A stretch of 64,000 bases of DNA, taken from Planctomycetia bacterium (GTDB lineage Bacteria > Planctomycetota > UBA8108 > SXIK01). Shown piece after piece: positions 60,635-64,000 of this stretch (position 1 is the first letter of the stretch; every line of letters starts with the position of its first letter). A program made the translations under genes and the position numbers. The notes under the pieces were generated by a model. That model made no database searches. It worked only from the letters and a program-made list of their open reading frames with translations, and was not told where the DNA came from. Where the stretch lies: positions 2,100-66,099 of the forward strand of contig SXIK01000196.1 in NCBI GenBank assembly GCA_005772855.1. Reading direction: 5' to 3'.

Positions 60635-63600
60635 TCAGTCCTCCGGCGCCCCGCTCTCGATCCATGTTTTGATGGCGTTCAACGCCCACGCCGAGAGCGG
60701 AGTCGGCGGACTGGAGCAATCGTACGGCATGGCGCAGCCGTAGCCGCCGGGGGCTGTCAAGTGCGTGTTGGTCAGCTTGCGCCAGAGAAAGCTGTTGTTC
60801 AGGTCGCCGGGGGCCACTTGCAACAAGTCGGATCCGCTCGGAGCCTCGTACAAGTTCTCGAAGGTCATCCAGTGATGGCAACCGCAGTGATTGTGCAAGA
60901 TCGGCCGAACGTGAGCGTTGAACGTCACCGGACCACCACCGCCGTCGCACGGAAACGGTACGCTCGGTCCGGTCTTGAGCGAGTGAAGGAAATCGACACC
61001 GATAAGCTTGTTGCCGACAGCCGCATGGCCGCCATCCTGGTGGCACTTGAGGCAAGTGGCATCGGCCAACGTGTAGCCGTCGTCCGCGGGATCGAGATTC
61101 GCGGCGTCGATCACATCGGGGCACTCCGGGGCGAACTCGAAGTTGCCACACCACGCGGAGTGTTCACCCGCGGTCGGGCCCACGCCGCCGACGCCGCTTG
61201 TCGTGATGGGTTGCTCCCGCGTGACGTTGGTGCAGAGGAAATAGTCCTTCCACACTGTGTCCGCCGTCCAGCTCGGCGCGTCCACGTTGGTGCCGCCGCA
61301 GCCGCCGATGCCGCGGACGAAATCCTTGTAACCGCCATCCAGGACCTGCTTGGCTGGATATAGGTCGTACCAAAACCAGTGGCCGATGTCCTTGGTGATG
61401 TGATGGATCGCCGTCAAGTAGTACGTCTTGCCGTCGCCCGAGTAGACGTAGCTGTACAACTTCGACGTGTCGATCCCCGGCGGGATCTCGTCAGCACTTC
61501 TCCAGATCGTCTTGGTCACCCAGGCGCCGGGCGGAAACTCCGGGATGTCCTTGCGGCCCAGATCGGTCAGCGATTGGAGCGTGCAGAGATTCCACAGCCT
61601 GTACCTGCGCACATGGCAGTAAGCCTCCCAGTTGTAGAGGATCTCCTTCTCGTGGGGCGGTCGGTCCAAGGGCTGAGGAAGCCCCGCGAGCGAGCCGCTT
61701 GTGGATCTCACGAAGCTCAGAGGGATGAACCACTCGAAGTGCGGCAAGCCGCCGCACGGCTCAACAAGCTGGCGGAATCGGCACCAGCCGTGCGCTCGTT
61801 CGTCGTCGATGGGATGTGTCCCTTCGGGGTCGCAGCGAGTCGCATCCAGCGCAATGGCAAAGACCGCCCCGGTGAGCGGAAACGATCGCGGCAAGGACGC
61901 GGTCGGCAGCAACCAAACTTGCCCAAGCTCCTTCTTGGGAAGGATGAGCAGCTCCTCGAGATGGGCGCCGCCGGAAAGCTCCAGGCGCAGGCGGTCGGCA
62001 AGGCTGACGACGCTCTCCTCGAACGTGCTCTCCGGGCGCCAGTGAAACGTCACCGCTCGGCCCCCGGGGCTGACGCCGGCAATCGAGGGTGCGCTGACGC
62101 AGGCACTCACCTCGAGCGGCTGGGTCGGATCCAGGTGCTGGCGGTTGAGCTCCACAATGATCGGCGCCGACTCATCGGTTTGCAGCGAGGCTGCCGGCAC
62201 GGGCCCGCCGGAGGGCACGAGCTCCACAGTTGCATCGAGCTTGGACACGGGCCCGATGGAGGTCGAGGCACACTTCTCCGGCCGGCACAGCGGGAATGGC
62301 GCTGGCTTGAAGTCCTCGATCACGAACGGACGAGCTGTGCCCGACGTCGCCACGACTCCTGCTCGCAGAGTGATCTCCGTCGGAGTGCTGCGGATGACTT
62401 CGAGCTTGGCGCCGGGGATGACGACACGGGTGCCCGGCGAGAACCCGGATCCAATAATCGTGAACTGATCCCCTTCTCGGATTTCGGTCGCCGAGATGCC
62501 GATGACAGCCGGTGTCTGATCCGCGAGACCGCAAAGTGGCGCTGACGGGTCGGTTCCCGGCAGCGGAAATGGGGCCGGCGGCGCCGAATGGCTCGAGAGA
62601 AAGCGGTAGATGAGACCGAAAATCGGATCGCTGACGTCAAGCTGGTCGTCGCCGTTGCAGTCTCCGGCTTCGCCGCAAGCGCAGGCGGCGGCGCCGAGAA
62701 AGAGAGTGCCGAGCATGCCGATGGCGTCGCTCAAGTCGAAGGCTCCGTCGCCATTGCAGTCGCAGCGGATGAAGCTCTTGCCGAGCGAAAAATAAGTGTC
62801 GGGCAGCTCCGACGTGCCGCCGGGGGTGCGGACAACGATGTCGCCGCGTGTCGGCGTCCGAGTGGCGGGCACTTCAACGCGGAGCAGCTTCGCGGACTGC
62901 TCGAGAATCGTGGCTCGACGACCTGCGACCGTTACTTCCTCTGTATCCGCAAGCCCGACGCCGGTAATCGTGAGCACCGTGGGTTGATCCACCGTGGCCT
63001 GGCGGTTCACGACCAGCTTGTCGAGCTCCGGCGGGCGAATCGACTGCTGGCTCTCCAGGTGGGGATTGTTGAATCGGCCAGCTCCGCTCCGCGGGTTCCC
63101 TTGTCTCGCATCTCCGGCGCCATGGACCATCCCGACGCGGTACGTCGAGGCGTCGAGGCTCGAGTCCGGCTCCACGGCGAGGAGCAAGTGATCCACGCGA
63201 GCGTCGCCATCGAAATAAAACGTTTTGATTTGATCCGCGCGGCGCTCGACTCCGATGCGGATCGGGAGGACCACCGGGACGGGAACCGTGCCGAGCAGCT
63301 CCATTGCGGAAGCTCGGCTGTGGCGCGCTCCCGACGTGAGCAGGAACCCGGCGCCTCTGGCATCCCTCTGTACCGTCATGCGCACGACCGCCTGCGCCGG
63401 ATCGCTGCCGGTGCCGCGAAAGACGCGGGCCTCCACACCCGCCTGGCCGACGCCATCGACAGCCACCACCTCGACCCTCAGCTCGAACTCGTTCGCTGCG
63501 TCGTGGACGAGGCCGAATAGCGAGTCCGACGTGCTGCCGTAACCCAGGCTCGTGCTGCAGAGCTCGATCCCGCCCCCAGTGACCCGTGCGGCGCCCAGGC

Positions 63601-63754
63601 CGTCGCCGCCGATCGGCTCCTGGGAGAATCCCGAAACGGGCTCGGGAAGGAAACACTGCGCCATCGTGCGGCCCTGACCCATGACAAGGGCGGCGGCAGC
63701 CGCAAGCACCAGGGGACGCGTGGCACGGACGGAGCGCGCAGGGATGGGCCGCAT
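60635..63754 (-). CDS. Large secreted multidomain protein: lectin-like, IPT/TIG x2, dockerin-like, cytochrome c domains
   Basis: AGGAGG-N4-ATG at 63754; signal peptide; RCDCNGDGAFDLSDAI and AGDCNGDDQLDVSDP; CLKCH; C-terminal TFNAHVRPIL..HCGCH...MP...I..WIE.GA. Confidence 0.75.
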   Translation of the reverse strand: MRPIPARSVRATRPLVLAAAAALVMGQGRTMAQCFLPEPVSGFSQEPIGGDGLGAARVTGGGIELCSTSLGYGSTSDSLFGLVHDAANEFELRVEVVAVDGVGQAGVEARVFRGTGSDPAQAVVRMTVQRDARGAGFLLTSGARHSRASAMELLGTVPVPVVLPIRIGVERRADQIKTFYFDGDARVDHLLLAVEPDSSLDASTYRVGMVHGAGDARQGNPRSGAGRFNNPHLESQQSIRPPELDKLVVNRQATVDQPTVLTITGVGLADTEEVTVAGRRATILEQSAKLLRVEVPATRTPTRGDIVVRTPGGTSELPDTYFSLGKSFIRCDCNGDGAFDLSDAIGMLGTLFLGAAACACGEAGDCNGDDQLDVSDPIFGLIYRFLSSHSAPPAPFPLPGTDPSAPLCGLADQTPAVIGISATEIREGDQFTIIGSGFSPGTRVVIPGAKLEVIRSTPTEITLRAGVVATSGTARPFVIEDFKPAPFPLCRPEKCASTSIGPVSKLDATVELVPSGGPVPAASLQTDESAPIIVELNRQHLDPTQPLEVSACVSAPSIAGVSPGGRAVTFHWRPESTFEESVVSLADRLRLELSGGAHLEELLILPKKELGQVWLLPTASLPRSFPLTGAVFAIALDATRCDPEGTHPIDDERAHGWCRFRQLVEPCGGLPHFEWFIPLSFVRSTSGSLAGLPQPLDRPPHEKEILYNWEAYCHVRRYRLWNLCTLQSLTDLGRKDIPEFPPGAWVTKTIWRSADEIPPGIDTSKLYSYVYSGDGKTYYLTAIHHITKDIGHWFWYDLYPAKQVLDGGYKDFVRGIGGCGGTNVDAPSWTADTVWKDYFLCTNVTREQPITTSGVGGVGPTAGEHSAWCGNFEFAPECPDVIDAANLDPADDGYTLADATCLKCHQDGGHAAVGNKLIGVDFLHSLKTGPSVPFPCDGGGGPVTFNAHVRPILHNHCGCHHWMTFENLYEAPSGSDLLQVAPGDLNNSFLWRKLTNTHLTAPGGYGCAMPYDCSSPPTPLSAWALNAIKTWIESGAPED

Positions 63755-64000
63755 GAGACCTCCTGAAGGCGTGGCTTGGGATTTCCTGGCCTGCCAAACT
63801 TCGGGGGCCGGGAAGTGGGGACTTCGAGCTGGCATGTGGCCATCATGCGCGTCTGGCACTTGACGGCGCCGACCTCAGGTCACCCTTTCCTGGCCCCAAT
63901 CATGCCATGCTCGAGCCAGCGCGCAAGGGGCAAGCGTAGCGGAGTGCTCAAAGTCGTTCGTGGGGCGCTCGCGACGACACCCCCGGTCGCGTTATTCCTC

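Noticed and set aside
63993-64000. TATTCCTC at the window end as the start of another MITE copy
   Set aside because: Only 8 bp visible

Overview
GC-rich bacterial chromosomal segment, most likely a Planctomycetota genome (inferred from three planctomycete-type dockerin/EF-hand 'RGDxNxDGxxDxSD' proteins, a Fae homolog and a planctomycete-type cytochrome c domain). It carries housekeeping genes (fhs, bioBFDA, tyrA, cls, pduO-type adenosyltransferase, M3/M48 peptidases, ECF sigma/anti-sigma), an LPS block (GT4, GT2, MsbA-like, HldA-like), and a surface-glycan block (KpsS-like, GT4, gmd) facing an unusual SDR-ALDH-NeuB-NeuA-transketolase operon. Best candidates for undescribed biology: (1) that operon, which suggests a non-canonical CMP-ulosonic acid pathway; (2) an operon of a secreted dockerin protein, a desaturase/SAM-like fusion and an LtaS-like transferase; (3) a MamK-like actin with degenerate catalytic motifs behind a sigma-54-like promoter and a small ORF; (4) a TA-flanked MITE-like repeat family (4 copies plus a related 351-bp element beside a dead toxin gene); (5) a ~1040-aa secreted lectin/IPT/dockerin/cytochrome c protein. 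No rRNA, tRNA, CRISPR array or transposase was found. All calls come from reading motifs by eye; no searches were run.
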